Assembly: GCA_009602725.1 (NCBI GenBank)
Contig: WELB01000032.1
Coordinates: 447,719 to 511,718 of the forward strand
Length of the DNA: 64,000 nt
Reading direction: 5' to 3'
From: Spirogloea muscicola
Lineage: Eukaryota
The notes beneath the pieces were generated by a model that saw only the letters and a list, made by a program, of their open reading frames with translations, did no database searches and was not told the DNA's origin. Every line of letters begins with the position of its first letter. The stretch's first letter is position 1. Shown here piece after piece: positions 42,251 to 56,198 of this stretch. The position numbers and the translations under genes were made by a program.

Positions 42251-42500
42251 GCGGGTGAGCGGAGTGCGGGCGGAGGCAGGAGGGATGCGGCGCGCGGTGC
42301 GCATGAAATGAAAGGGGTTGGCCAATCCAAGCCAAAAAAATAAATTGATAAGCAGATAGCTAGTGCAAAAAATAGGTGCAAAAACTCGGGAGAGAGGAAA
42401 GGGACGGAGGAGGGAGGTAGGAAGGTAGTCCATACTCTGCGGTCACCGGTGAGAGCCGCCGCCGCCGCCGCCGCCGCCACCGCAGCCGCCGCCGCCGCCN

Positions 42501-44294
42501 GCTCCGCGGCGCTGCTCCGGGGGGTGGTGCAGGGCGGCCACGGCGGCGCCGACGCCGCCCGGCTGGCCGCCTGGGGTGTGCACCGCGGCTCGCAGCTCGT
42601 GCGCGTGTCCGACGAGTTCGAGGAGCCCATGGGGGCCCTCTCCCAGACGCTCGGCGGCGCCCGCCCGCTCAGCACCGTCCCCGGCAGCGTGGGGGTGAGG
42701 GCCAGCCCGCCACTGTTACCGTTCTAGAGGTCGCAGCGGCGCTTGCGAGCAGACGACCTTGTCTGTGCTACTAGCAGCCAGACTGCTCCAGCTTCTCACC
42801 GTCAGCCGCCATTCGTACGCAATGGGCAGCCCCAGGCGGAGCCGCACGTCGACGCGGAGCACAACAAGATGGTGGGCGAGGGCGGTCCCGCGCACCTGAG
42901 CTTCGAGGAGGCCAAGCGCGGCCAGTCCCACGCCGACGCCCTGGACGAGTCCCACGCCTCCTCGCAGGCGGATGCCGAGGCCATGGCCGGAGGTGTGCGC
43001 ACCAAGCCGAGCGCTCGGCAGTGCCCCATGCCCCAGCCAGCATTGGCGCTACAGCTGCCCTGAGCTGTTTGGACTGGGTCGTACAGATGTCGAGGCACGG
43101 GTCAACCAGGCGTCCACGGCGTCGCATGCGGCCAAGGCTACCGAAGGTGTCACGGCAGCGGGCGCGTCGATCACGCAGACAATCACGGAACGCGTGCAGA
43201 AGGAGTACGAGACGGCGAAAGCCATGGCCAGCGGCTCCGGCGCCAAGGTTGGCGAGACCATGGAGGAGCTGAAGGGCCTTGGCCAGGACGTCGTCACTGC
43301 AGCCAAGGTAGTGTCAAGCCTGTTGCTGCAGCTAGTCGTCATCGTTAAATAGTGTCTGAGAATGTTTGAGTGGATCAACTGGGGTGGTTAGTGAGGAAGT
43401 GCACTTACGAAACAATACCAAAGGAGCGTGGAGCCACTAATAAGCTCCAAGTCATGATTCTGAAGTTGCACAATTTGCTCCGCCTCTGGCAGCGAGATGC
43501 TGGGGGCTTGGCCAGCTGGCCAATGCAGGCTGGTGAGGCAGTGAAGGAGCGCGTGAAGAAGGAATACGACACTGCCAAGGAGATGGCCAGCGGGTCGGGT
43601 GCCAAGGTTGGGGAGACTGTGGAGGAACTCAAGGGTCTCGGTGATGAGCTCGTAAAGGCCGTGAAGCGGGATACTCAGAACGTGGTGGATACTGTCACAG
43701 GCTTCGCCAAGGACCGATATGCGAAAGAGTCCGGTCAGGCCAGCCAGATTGCTGACAACCTGAAAGGCACTGGCGAGCAGCTCAAGGGCATTGGCAATGT
43801 GACAGCTGACGCCGTCAAGGTGAGCCTGCCAGTGACGCTGACCTGCTGCAAGGACCAAGTTGCTTTGATACTGTGTATTGTAATAAGTTTGTATACACGG
43901 TTGTCCTTTTATTGAAAGTCACAGGCTTAAATTCAAAAGCAACAACATAATGTCCAAGTTTCGTTATGCAAGCGGTTGAAAGGTGCTGATACTTGGTACC
44001 GTGAGATGGCAGCAACGGCTGGGCATGGCTGGCGAGAAGGTGAATGAGACAGCTGGCATGGCAAGGGAGTCTGCAAACGTTGGCATGGCCAAGGCTCAGG
44101 TCGCAGCGTCTGATATGTCAGAGCAGGCCAAGGAGACTGTGGGGCATGTGAGGGAGGAGGCCAATGTTGGCATGGCCAAAGCAAGGGAAACTGTGTACGA
44201 CGCAGAGGATGCTGTGAAGGAGGGGGCAAAGGACGTGGAGTCCCAGATAGGCCAAAAGCCTTCCAGAACGAATGACAGCTATGTGACGCAATGA
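42501..44294 (+). CDS. LEA (group 3)-like hydrophilic repeat protein; start codon not visible, probably within the N gap at 42500
   Basis: Repeats ERVQKEYETAKAMASGSGAKVGETMEELKGLG / ERVKKEYDTAKEMASGSGAKVGETVEELKGLG and RESANVGMAKA / REEANVGMAKA; GT-AG introns. Confidence 0.7.
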
Positions 44295-46055
44295 GTCTGA
44301 CATGGTATTTGGAGCTATTAGGTTGACGGAGTTGAGATGGCACAAGTATCGTCTTGTGGGTTTATGGGGCTATATCCACTGTGCGTGGATGTCATGTCCA
44401 CAAATATTCACGCGCCTCTGTTTGGTTGTTATAGACCCATTTGCAGATGCAAGTTGAGGGTTGGAGCTGAGTGTTTCCTCCTTTCTCCTGAGACATTTCT
44501 ATAAGGATTACTTGATCAATCTGCAATGAATGCAGCATGTGTACGTATGCACAGCTTATATAAGGAGGTCTCAGAAATATGAGCCAAATGATATTGCTCC
44601 AAGTAGCATATGGCTTACTGATCTGGCATGATGTCCTTGGAGCCAAGCTCTAGCTACTTGAAGTAGTCGAGTCGAGTCGATCCGGAACTGCACCAGAATG
44701 TATTATGGTTCAAGGTGGGACCTGTGATAATATGTGAGGGTAGACAGTTCTCTCTGTATACACGCAAAAGTGCCAGGGTCTGGGTATCTGATGCTCACCC
44801 TGGAGTGCTAGCAACTCCATGAAACATTGAATATCCAGGCATGTTTTCCCTCACAGCTTTGACCACTCTGCCGTGGAGGCCGCCAAGGCAGCACTCGTGA
44901 GAGAGCTCGTCTACTTACCAGAATGACACGAGGCTTGGTTGCTTCGTTACAGGTGGAAGCCCCTGCGGAGGAGCTTGTGAATTGATGTTCCGGAAGAAAA
45001 CGCAGGTGGCCACTCCAGTTGGAAGGAACACTGATGCCGAGTTTGGGTGGAGAACAAGCATTGTCAACTGGAGGACTGGAGCATAGTGTGCAACACTGAG
45101 CTGGCCATCACATGAATATGGGACACTCTGGTGTTCTTACACAGGGATAGAAGATAGAGAAGTTCCTTCGATGTGACCATTGGCTGGGAAGGGCCAGCCC
45201 ATAAGCATAGACAACAACACTCAATGCGACTGGAAAGTCTAAATCATCAGGCAGAGAAAGTGACCACCAGGGCTGGCTGGTCAGCAGCTACAACTGGGGA
45301 AATCCAGCAGCCGAGGTGGTTAGATAATAGCCAGCCGGAGGAGTGGGCGGTAGCAGCTTTTCCAGAAGGCCGTCAGAATGGGGAGAAGCTCTTCCTCATG
45401 GGGCTCTGAAAGGCCAGTCCAAAGCAGTAGCCGTATCGAACTGGAGCGAAGAAAGCTCCCTTGTCTGGGACAAGCCGACCAGACCGGGGGAGGTGGAGAT
45501 GTGAAACGGCGGACGGAACGGCGACGACGAGGGGAGCGCAGCGCCGTCGCGCCCCAACGGATTGGCGGAAGATGCCCCGCGGGAGGAGGGGGGGAGGGCC
45601 CCCCCCCGCCGGGCGCCGGGGCGGAGATCCTGTGGCCGCCAGCCGCCCGCGGGGCCCGCCGGGCGACCCCGCCGCCGCTGGTTCCCGGGCAGGCCCTGGC
45701 TACCAATGGCCGCACGGTCCCGCGACCGCCGCACGATACCCCCGCGGACGGCCGCGATGCGCCACCGCCGGCCCGCTGATGCGGCGGGTGAGGGAGGGAG
45801 GGAGGGAGGGAGGGAGGGAGGGAGAAAGACGGCTACCTCCTCTGGGCGACGTTCTTCCGCGCTCTCGTCAGTCTGATCTGCACTGATCTTGCTGACTGGA
45901 GATGATCGAAAGCCCACTCGCAGGAGCCATAATCGGTAGTTTCATGTGTTAGCGGGCCTCTCGGCCCTTCCGGACCTTGCCCGTTCCCTTGGGCTGGCCT
46001 CCCACAGCCGTTGCTTTAGATTGGAAGGGCTGTTGCTCCGCGGTTTGCGTCAGCN

Positions 46056-49000
46056 CGGCCAAGGGCAGCGGCCTCGGCTCCTTCCATGGCCTCCGCCGCG
46101 CGTCCCCCGCGGCCGCCGCTAAGGCCCGCGCTGCCGGCCGCGCCAGGCCGGCCTGCGCCGCCAGGATCTCCAACACGGCGACCGTCGAGTCCAAGCCCAA
46201 GGCTGACACCAAGGTCACCGAGCTCGCTATCAACACCATCCGCTTCCTCGCCATCGACGCCGTGGAGAAGGCCAAGTCCGGTCACCCGGGCCTGCCTATG
46301 GGCTGCGCGCCCATGGCGTACGTCCTGTTCGACGAGTTCATGCGATTCAACCCCAAGAACCCCTACTACTTCAACAGGGATCGCTTTGTTCTCTCTGCCG
46401 GCCACGGGTGCATGCTCCAGTACGCGCTGCTTCACATCTACGGCTACGATAGCGTCCAGGTAATGTCCTATTTGTACAACCTGCGCTGGCCATACTGAGC
46501 TTGGGCATACACTCCTTGAGGGTGAACTGGATGGAGGTCTTCTCTGGCGGGCTCTCTCCCTCGGTCTTATGATGCAACAAATGATGACGTACATCAATGT
46601 CGACCTATGTGTGCCAGGAAGAGGATCTGAAGCAGTTCCGGCAGTGGGGATCTCGGACTCCTGGCCACCCTGAGAACTTTGAGACGCCTGGTGTGGAGGT
46701 CACAACAGGTGAGGATACGCTGGATAATGACATCCCACACGTACCTACTCAGGTGGTTGACGCTTGTTCATACATAAGTCACAGTGACTATAGATGGATC
46801 TTTCAGGCAGGTCCATGGCAGACAGTGAAGGGCTCATTTCTCCTCCTCACAAGCTCACGGGAGATACCAATGGTCGGTGTGCAGGTCCTCTTGGCCAGGG
46901 CATTGCCAATGCCGTTGGACTTGCTTTGGCTGAGAAGCATCTTGCTGCCCGCTTCAACAAGCCTGATGCTGAGATTGTCGACCATTACACGTGCGCCTTT
47001 CGTGTGTAGCACTTTCGTGGATTTTGAAACCTTCTCTTTGTTTGACAATCGAGCTGGTGTAGGCAGCACCTGTGCGCAGGCGAAGGTGCACAAGAAATTG
47101 CATTTGGACCATCACCAGGTCTGCTGACGACTGTCAGGTTGCACGCGCAGGTATTGCATTCTTGGAGACGGCTGCAACATGGAGGGCATATCCAATGAGG
47201 CAGCCTCGCTCGCCGGCCATTGGGGCCTTGGGAAGCTCATTGCCCTATATGATGACAACCATATATCAATTGATGGCAACACAGACATTGCATTCACAGA
47301 GGACGTGCAGACTCGCTTCGACGCCCTTGGCTGGCACACCATCCACGTCAAGGATGGCAACAATGACCTGGACGCTCTCCGTGCAGCAATTGAGGAGGCC
47401 AAGAGTGTGACCGACAAGCCCTCCATGCTCAAGGTGGCTGATTGCTATGGAGGACGGATCCACTACGTGAAACATGCCTCATACCATACTAGGACCCTGA
47501 GCCTGACTGAGATTAAATGGGGAGCAATATCGTCAAGGCTGAGGATATGTGCTTGTGATCTATTATCAACATGCTTGCTGACTGGGCTGTATATACTTGC
47601 TCTGCAGATTACTACTACCATTGGCTATGGTTCCCCCAATAAGGCCAACTCCTATGCTGCTCACGGTGCTGCGCTTGGTGAGAAGGAGGTTGCTGCCACC
47701 CGTGAGAATTTGGGCTGGCCTTACGAGCCCTTCGTTGTGCCGGAGGAAGTCAAGAGGTACGACAGAGGTGCCAGGCAAGCTGGAGCAAGCCGAAGTTGCT
47801 GATTCTTGTGTTGGTATTTACTTCATCCTCAGCTCATTGCAGCTTTTGCATGTATGCAGCCACACCCTGCGCAAGCTGGAGGAGGGCCCTGCTCTTGAGA
47901 ACGAGTGGAACTCAAAGTTTGCAGAGTACGAGAAGAAATACGCAGAAGAGGCTGCAGAATTCAAGCAGCTCATCAGCCTTGAGTTGCCTGCTGGGTGGGC
48001 TGATGCTCTTCCGGTGCGTGGTGCATACCTGCCTGGTCTTACTGTAGTCTTGAGCTCAAGGTGTGACTTGCTCAAAACTTATACATATCATTGTCTTGCT
48101 GAGATATTGGAAGCCCTAGGTTGGCAGCATCTAGTGTAAGCTCTGACACTTCTGTCCACCTTCTCCCTGCAGTCCTACACCCCAGACAGCGCTGGCGACT
48201 CCACTCGGAATCTGTCTCAGGTCATGCTTAACGCCCTCGTCAAGGTCTTACCCGGCCTCATTGGTGGGTCAGCCGATCTTGCATCCTCCAACATGACTCT
48301 GCTCAAAGCTTACGGCAACTTCCAGAAGGATACCCCGGCAGAGAGGAACCTACGGTTCGGCGTGAGGGAGCACGCCATGGGAGCCATCTGCAATGGCATT
48401 CAGCAGCACCTGTCTGGACTTATCCCATATTGCGCCACTTTCTTCATCTTCACGGACTACATGCGCAATGCAATTCGTATCAGTGCTCTTTCCGAGACTG
48501 GTGTTATCTATGTCATGACCCATGATTCAATTGGCCTTGGAGAGGACGGCCCAACTCATCAGGTAAGGCAGGCTGCCTAGTTGCTTAAGATAATCCGCTA
48601 CCTTCATGGTAGTCTGACAGATGTATGGTAGTGGAGAAGTGGAGACATGGACAGATTTTACTACCTTAAGTAAAATGGTGCAGATTTGAGATGTTTCTCA
48701 TGATAGTGCAGGTATGGTTGCAGTTGTCACATCAAAGGTCTGTGGCACAAAGTAGGTCTGTGAAGACTGCCCTTTACATGCCTACTAAAACATTGTATCT
48801 GCGGTGTTGATGCAGCCCATTGAACACCTTGCATCATTCAGGGCCATGCCCAACATTCTTATGATGAGGCCTGCTGATGGCAATGAGACTGCTGGCGCTT
48901 ACAAAATTGCTGTGGAGAACCGCAAGCGGCCGTCTGTCCTTGCCCTGTCTCGCCAGAAGTTGCCGCAGCTCTCTGGCACATCCATAGATTCTGTGGCAAA

Positions 49001-49570
49001 GGGTGCTTACACCATCAGGTACTATAGGTTTCTTGGTGGTCTCTGTGGCTTGCCTTGTAAGTTGTTTAGTATTTGCATGGGAGGAAGTCCACGTACTTAA
49101 TGTGGTACATGATCATGCAAGCAGGGCAAACCTGGCAAGTTGCGCTTGCTCATCATATATAGTAGCAGAAGTTGCAATGCTTATGCTGTCTCCATTTTGT
49201 TCTCAGCGACAACTCGTCTGGAAAGCCGGACGTCATCTTCTTGTCCTCTGGGTCCGAGGTTGAGATTGCGGAGAAGGCCGCCAAGGTACTGCGTGAGGAG
49301 GGCAAGGGCGTGCGGGTGGTCTCTTTCCCATGCTTTGAGCTCTTTGAGGAGCAGTCAGAAGAGTACAAGGAGAGCGTCCTGCCCAAGGATGTGACGGCAA
49401 GGGTTGTGGTGGAGGCTGGCTCATCCTTCGGATGGCATAAATATGCCGGTATAAATGGAGGATTCATCTGTATTGATAAGTTTGGCGCGTCTGCACCTGC
49501 TGACATCATCTACCGGGAGTATGGCTTTAGCACTGACAACATTGTCAAGGTAGCCAAGTCCTTGCTGTAG
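46056..49570 (+). CDS. TKL: Plastid transketolase; ATG not visible, probably within the N gap at 46055
   Basis: [94 protein letters not shown] and FGASAP. Confidence 0.98.
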
Positions 49571-50674
49571 ATTTCCTTGTCGTTGCTTCTTCTTTCACCT
49601 TACCCCCTCCTCGGCTTCCGCTCTCTCCTGTGCTATCCACACTTTGGCCCCTGCTCTTGATAGCACCATAGCGCAAGCACATAGCACTTGCTCCGTCGTA
49701 TGCATGCCAGACTCATTTTTTGAGTGTTTGTAGAGCTATGGCCGGGTAATTTATGTTGAGAACTATCTGATGAGGCTTTCCAGCAGTCACAGTAGTAGGT
49801 GAAGGCTTGCATGGCATACTAGATTGTGACATGTCATGTACTGGGTCTCTAGACTAGAATGTTACACTGCTGATTGCTGATCAAGCAAGAAGATTGATTG
49901 GCATTGATAAGTTCCTCGAAAGGGCCAGTGGTGGAATCGTAGGTTGGTGGCTTGGATATTGTGACGGGCAAGACGTCGAGGGCAGACAGGATACCCTGTA
50001 GGGTGTGACACCCGTCCGGTTCCTGGTATTTTTGGTCATTGTTGCTTAAATCGTCTGCTCACCGCTATCTACTATTGTCGGTAAGTCCGATTCGTACAAT
50101 ATGAGTTTACAGCGATCTGAGTAAGTTCAGTCGGGTACACATGAAAGGACTGCTGGAAGGTCTGGTATTTGTAATCTGGGGGCAAAATGGGCAGCACCTG
50201 TTCATGTTGACCGCCCACCCCAAACCCTTCATCCTTAACCCAAAGCCATCCTGACTTTGGAAGTATCACACGTACTTCGACGAAGACATGCAAGGGACTT
50301 CTGGCATGTCACTCCCTGTCATAACAGATATCTGGCCACCTCCTGTCTCCGGTGGCAACAGCATCTGCATGCAGAGGATGTAGGACGAGTGAGTGACGGA
50401 AGTACGTTACATGTTGGAATGAAAGTACTGCTTGTGTTATTTTACAGGAAAGGGATGCAACAAGCTGGTGAGAAATAGGAGCGAGTTGCATACAGAGGTT
50501 GAGTTGGAGCCATTGCCTCAAGCGTCAACGACATCTTATTTCTACTTCTATCTTTCTATCTAAGACAGTCAAGGATGTCTTCAGCCCTCTCATTGAAGAG
50601 AAACGAGAATATATACTGATCAAAGTGGCCAAAAACAACAGCAAGCACACCTGACGACGTATACCGCCGACTGC

Positions 50675-51282
50675 AAATTGACCCGCTCAGGAACCACGCG
50701 TCAACACATGAAGGTCGCTAACTGATGCCTGAATACCAGGTGGCAAAGCCCAAGCCCTTCTGCCGCCAACTAGAGCTCGCCCAGCTTTCTGGTGAAAAGC
50801 ATGAGCCTGAGCACGCGGAGGAAATTCCCGCCAAAGGTGCCGGCCCCCCCCAGAAAGCTGGGCGAGCTCTAGTTGGTAGCAGAAGGGCTTCGTTATCTGC
50901 CATCTAGTATCCAGGCATCGGTTAGCGACCTTTATGTTTTGACCCGTGGTTTCTGAGCGGGTCAATCTACTGTAGATTATGTAGGTCTTAAGATGTGCGT
51001 GCCTTTGTACTTGGCCATTTGGCCTTCGTTTGTTTCAAATACACGAAATCTTTTTCCCCAAACCTAACAGGAAGGGCTCGCCCATTGAGGATAGGGGCTG
51101 GAAAAGCCAGCCCAGAAATGAAGGGACAAAGTACGAGAAGGGGGCCAGGGGAAGCGCTAAGTAAAACAAGCACAAGGAGGAACAAAGCAGCTACGTATTA
51201 TTCAGTAACCCCTGCTAAGCAGCCTCAGGTCAGAGAAGCTAGGCTCCTGGAAGTTGGGTCCCCTGGCCAGAGCTAGAGGCCC
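50675..51282. mobile_element. Back-to-back family-A 3' ends plus one further family copy upstream of the zinc-finger gene
   Basis: Minus 50687-50820 ends QASVSDLHVLTRGS*. Plus 50850-51049 ends SDLYVLTRGF* with a tail ending ACACGAAAT. Minus 51202-51280 ends FSDLRLLSRGY* with tail 51074-51200. Confidence 0.8.
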
Positions 51283-51390
51283 CCCCCCCCCAATTCTCAA
51301 ACCCCCGCCAATACGCAAACCTGGGAGGGGTTTGCGTATAATTGCCAAAGCCCACAGGCTGCAACCTCGGCCCCCCCATCGTCCGCCTCC

Positions 51391-53440
51391 ATGGCGCCGC
51401 CGCCCGCAGGAGGCGGCGGCGGCGACGGCGGCGAAGGTGGCGGCGCTCGAAGCGCACAGTGGCGACTGCGCACGCCGGAGGAGGATGCTGCTGCGCGTGC
51501 GGCGGCAGCAGCTGCGGCGGCTGCTGGCGGAGCCCCAGCGGTCGTCAAGGCGGTGAGCCCCGCTGAGACTACACATATGGCCGCCTTGTTCGTCCCCTGG
51601 AGCATATGTCGTGAGCTCAGCTCTATGGAAGCCAATTCCAAACGTTTGGGGAGATGAATCCGTCGCAGACGACTGCCGCTCATCTCCTGCTGCCGCGGCT
51701 GCGCAGCTGACGACGCAGCAGCAGAGGGCATCCATACACCGGGCTGCCGACGAGAAGCGCTTGCGGCGGCGCGCTGGGCTGGCTGGGCGCCGGCGCCGGC
51801 TGCGCATCTCGCAGACTGCCACCAATGCCCTCGCCGCCGCCGCCGCCGTTGATGCCAGTCCAAGCGGCGCCGTCCCACCTCTCGTCACCACCGCCAATTC
51901 TCGTGAGCACCGTGGCCACCAAGGCCGCTACTTGCCCGTGCTCACAGTCATCATGGTGCCTCCTCATCGAGCTGCTGCGCGAGCGCTGGTCCCTGCAGGT
52001 CCGGCGGTGCCCTCTGTCGCGCTTGGTCCAGGGGCCCATCCGAAGCTCACGCCAAGCCCTCCCATGCTCAGCCTGGTCGAGGCGTCCACGCCCACCCAGC
52101 TAGATGGCCTTGCCGCGGCGGCGCTGGCACCGGCAGTGACAATGAGCCTGGGCCGCGCCGGTTTCGAGCGCACCGCAGCGCTTGTTGATGACTTGATGCG
52201 CCTGGAGCAGCACCTGCCGCCAGAGCAACAGCACAAGTGAGCATTGCCGGGGTCAAGACCGCTGCCCTGTGTTCCCCCCTTCCCATGACGCAGAAAGCCT
52301 CAAGGTGGCTTGGTGGGTCATTGATGCTTCAGTTGAGACTTTGACGTTTCAGCTTTAGCTTTGAAGGCTCAAGCCTGACTGGCCTCCAATTCCGTCCAAG
52401 CTCGCCCGCAGCTCCCAGGAAGTCTGGGCGTGGCTGCGGCAAGACCACGGCATGACCTGCAGCAGGCATTACGTGAAGCGCCGCATGCGCCAGTGGCGGC
52501 AGCAGCAACAGCGGAAGCGCCACAGGACCGCAGCCAGCATGTCCTCCCGGGGACTCACCGGCGCCTCGAGCTCCTCCTCTGTGTCCTCCTACGAGGAGCT
52601 TGGAGCCGAGGACGAGAACCTGCCAGAGCACAACAAGTCCAATGGCGATGCTGGTGGCAGCGAGCGGCCGTGGATGACCTCCAGTGCGTCGTGGACCTGC
52701 CGCCTCTGCGGGGTCAAGGGTCACGCCCCGGGCATGGAATGCCCCTTGTTTCGCTTCTCTGTCGCCCAGGAGCTCCTGGCAGTCCGCCGAGTAGAGTCAG
52801 CGGTGGGATTGGCAGCTGCAGGCGCAGCGGGGGCCGTGTATCACCCAGATGGTCATCCAACAGGCCCATGCCAGACATCACTGCAGACCATCGGCCAGGA
52901 GTGGCGAGTGCAAGCAGTCGAACGGCAGCCGCCAGCTGCCGCCAGAGGGACAGCAGAGGAAGGCATTCCTGTTGGCCTCGGCGACGGCGACGGCGGCGGC
53001 GGGCTCCGGAAGCAGTTCCTTTGCGGCCATGCCAGCTGTCGGCGGACCGGCAGCTGGGAGTCCTTGCGGCAACACATGCAGCGGCGGCACAATTCTACAT
53101 TTGCGCTGCCGACAACCGAGCCCTGCAGGCGGGCTGCAAGCAGGAGCTTGAGGACTGCCAGCGATGCTCTTCCCGCTGCTTGCGATGAAGACTGGACGGC
53201 AGCTCTGACAGAGGAGCAGGTGGTGAGGGCTCCCACCACATCACATTTCACCTTCTGCCCCATGTTAAGTATGGATTGTGGTCTGATTTTGGCTGGTGGA
53301 TTGACGTAGCGAGCTGACTGGTCGGCTGCTGTGCAGGACGTCCGCGTCGCAATACAGCAGCTGGCAGAGGACCGCTGCGCCGTGGCCGCCGAGCCACGGC
53401 TGCAGGGGCTGCTGTCGCCGCTCGCGCTCCGCTGTATTGG
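51391..53440 (+). CDS. Putative zinc-finger protein (CCHC knuckle plus C2H2); 3' end uncertain
   Basis: GC-rich first exon from the ATG at 51391 ending at GTGAG. Later exon has CRLCGVKGHAPGMECP and CGHASCRRTGSWESLRQHMQRRH. Splice-compatible borders at ~52237/52465 and ~53220/53337. Confidence 0.55.
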
Positions 53441-54264
53441 TAGGCGCCAATGGCCCCTCGAGTCTTGTACCAGCTGCAGGCTCCCAGCATATTTGGCTCA
53501 TCCGTTTGTCGTCCTCTCATCGGCAACTTATTGAGTGCACGCATTGTATGACTCAGAACTTCTGTAGCCAACATCCACAATCTTCATTCACCAGCTAGCT
53601 GGTAGGAGCTGCCTTGAAGTATGCACTGCAGGGTAGGTACAAGGCTTCCGCAGCTTCTGAGTTGCCGATGGTAGTGGCTGCAGGCATTGCAGTGGAGGCC
53701 TTTGCTATGGACCGGCTGCGAGCAACAAAGGCCTGATGCGGTGGTCACATAGTTGGCGGCCTCAATGCCTTTCCAAGTTGTCCTACAATACTGGAAGTGC
53801 ACCGGGATTGGGATGTACTAGCTTGCTTCAAGTGCTAGCTGCATCACTGGAGCAGGTGTTAATGAAACTCAACGTCCAGCTTCGCGTTTATGCTAGAGCC
53901 TTGTAGGCTGAAGTGTTCTCAGGGTGATTTTCTGATCTAAGCTGCTCTTGGTGTTCAGGCCATTGCGGCATATTGAGGATTGAGCACAAGGGCGAGCTAA
54001 GAACGGCGCTCAGTTTGGTGCACGCAGCTTGGGATTGCCATTTCATTGCAATCGTTGGAGGCTGCAGTGGCACGTGGTGAAGTGGTGGCAACAGTGGACA
54101 GGCAACTTGCAGGCTAGGTCACTCGCCCTGATAAGTAGATGCACAAAGAATTGAAGAGGAAGCAACCTGCTACTTGAAAGATCTAGTGTACAGAACAGGA
54201 GCCATGGGGCGGCCGCCTATGCAGCTGCATTACTGCTTCCTCATGTAAGTAGCGGGGGGGGCCC

Positions 54265-56198
54265 TTAGCCCCCTGCTGCGACGGACAGTGGTGGTAGCGT
54301 GAAAACATCTGTTCCGCTGCCACTGACGGCACCTGCCTTCTTTGTGAGGGTAATGGCCACAGTGCCAGGGTCGCCCCTTGCTGGGCTGCAGTCCAAGCTT
54401 GCCTTGCATGCTGCTGTGGAGGGTACCGTGGTGGACTCCACCGATGCCAGCGCAAGGCCAAATCCCAGCTGGATGGGGCCGTCGCTGATCGCTAGTTGTA
54501 CCACGTTTGCGGCCGAGGGTGAAGGGCCAAGACTCTGGCCAATGCTGTCACTGGTAGCAGCTTGACACGAGTCCGGGTAAGATGGCTCCAGTTGACAGCT
54601 GCATCCACCACTGTGTCCTGGATTCCGCGCACTCCAGCGGGGTTGGGCCTGCCGAGCATCCAGCATGTCGGCTCCGCAGCTTCCGGCTATCAGCTCAGCC
54701 TCGGAGTGCACAACAGGTGGCTCCTGTATTTCGAAGCCCTTTATCAAGGCTGTGCTGCCAGAGGTATCCAGAGGTATGTGGGGGAACAGGACCCTGGCAG
54801 TTGGCTGACTGCAAATGTGTGCAGTGTGGCTGGACAAGTCCTGCGGCAACTCCTCGCGCTGAACAACTTGCGCTCTAATCGGCGAGCCACTCCTTGGCTG
54901 CTGCAATGTGGAGCTGGCCCTCTTCCTCCTGCACAAAGATAGAGGCAAAAGAGCAAGATGCTCCTCATGCAGTGCCACTAGTTGCTTAAGTGTAGTGCTA
55001 CTTGAGACATCGCAAACGAAGATGACACTTGCGCAACATGCAGCCATGATGGACATCGTGCGGACATTTGCAGGCCACTGTGAGCTAGTCAAAAGGGAGG
55101 CTGGCTCCAGTCTCACCCCAAGCTGAACTGCTCGCCATCAATTATCCATGTCACCTCCAAGCCATTACCGATGGGCAGGGTGTATGAGTCAACACCCGGC
55201 TGGCTCCGCACATGCTGCAAGTACTCATCAGCCGCCTGCGGGAAGGCACCAGAGATCCTTGGTCATGAAACCCGAAGTGATGACAACGAGGATGACGCTG
55301 CCATTAACGTCCGAGCTTCAAGGTGAACGTACCGGAAGCAAAGCCTGGTTGGCGACGACCACCGCTCGCTCTCGCAGCTGCAGCGCGTCAAAGAGGATGA
55401 CAAAGTCCTGGCAGTCGTCGAGGAGGAGAGCAAAGTCGAGCGCCTGGTCCTGCATGGCCTGCTGAAGCCGCCGACCATTGCCTCGGACAACAGTGACGTG
55501 CTCGGCGAGGCCGAGCGCTGTGACTGTGCTCGTCACCACGTCCTGGCCAGGCAGGACCAGCAGCGAAGACCAGGTAAGCAGACGTCCATGGCGGTGAAGC
55601 TGCGCGCCAGCGGCGGAAGTGTGGCTCACTGGCTCGCGTGAAGCGCAGACGTGGTGGCCGCGGGTGATCCTGGCGGCCGCCGCAAGGCTTGCAACGCACA
55701 GGCCGCTGCCGCCGACCTGCAGAGAGCGGCGTGCACGGACCCCGGCCGCCAGAGCCGCCACGAACTCGGCGCAATGAGGCTCGAAGCCGTCGACGTAGCC
55801 GCCCTCGGCCGTCACCCTGGCCCGCTGCAAAGCCGCAGAGCGGGCAACCTTGAAGATTGCACAGCAGTAGCTGAGCAAGGCACCGGTGGTCGCGGCGCGA
55901 GGACTCAGAACGGCTTTCGGGGCGAGCGTGCAAGCGGGGCTAGCCTGCCCAAGTGCTTGCTCTGGGGAGTTAGCGGGCTTTGTAGGCTGCCTGCAGGACT
56001 GGGAGAGCCATGCCCAGCGCCAGCCGCGGAGCGGCTGCTGCGGCGGCGGCCATGCTGGTGCCGGCGGTGTGGGCGCCCGGGAGGAGACCGGCAGGCAGTT
56101 CGCGGCGCCTGGGAGGCCTGAGCGGGGCGCGCGCGCACCAGGAGCAGGGCGGCCTCGTAGGCGGCGAGCGAGAGGTCCGCGTCCCACCAGCTGGGCAT
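54265..56198 (-). CDS. DUF1442-family (SAM-methyltransferase-like fold) protein; 3' end uncertain
   Basis: MPSWWDADLSLAAYEAAL, EPHCAEFVAALAAGVRARR, LAAAARITRGHHVC, LDFALLLDDC, AVVVANQA and TLPIGNGLEVT parallel DUF1442 motifs. Confidence 0.75.

Noticed and set aside
50072..50520. Possible small spliced gene on the minus strand
   Set aside because: Splice-like signals are present but no consistent start or recognisable product could be built.
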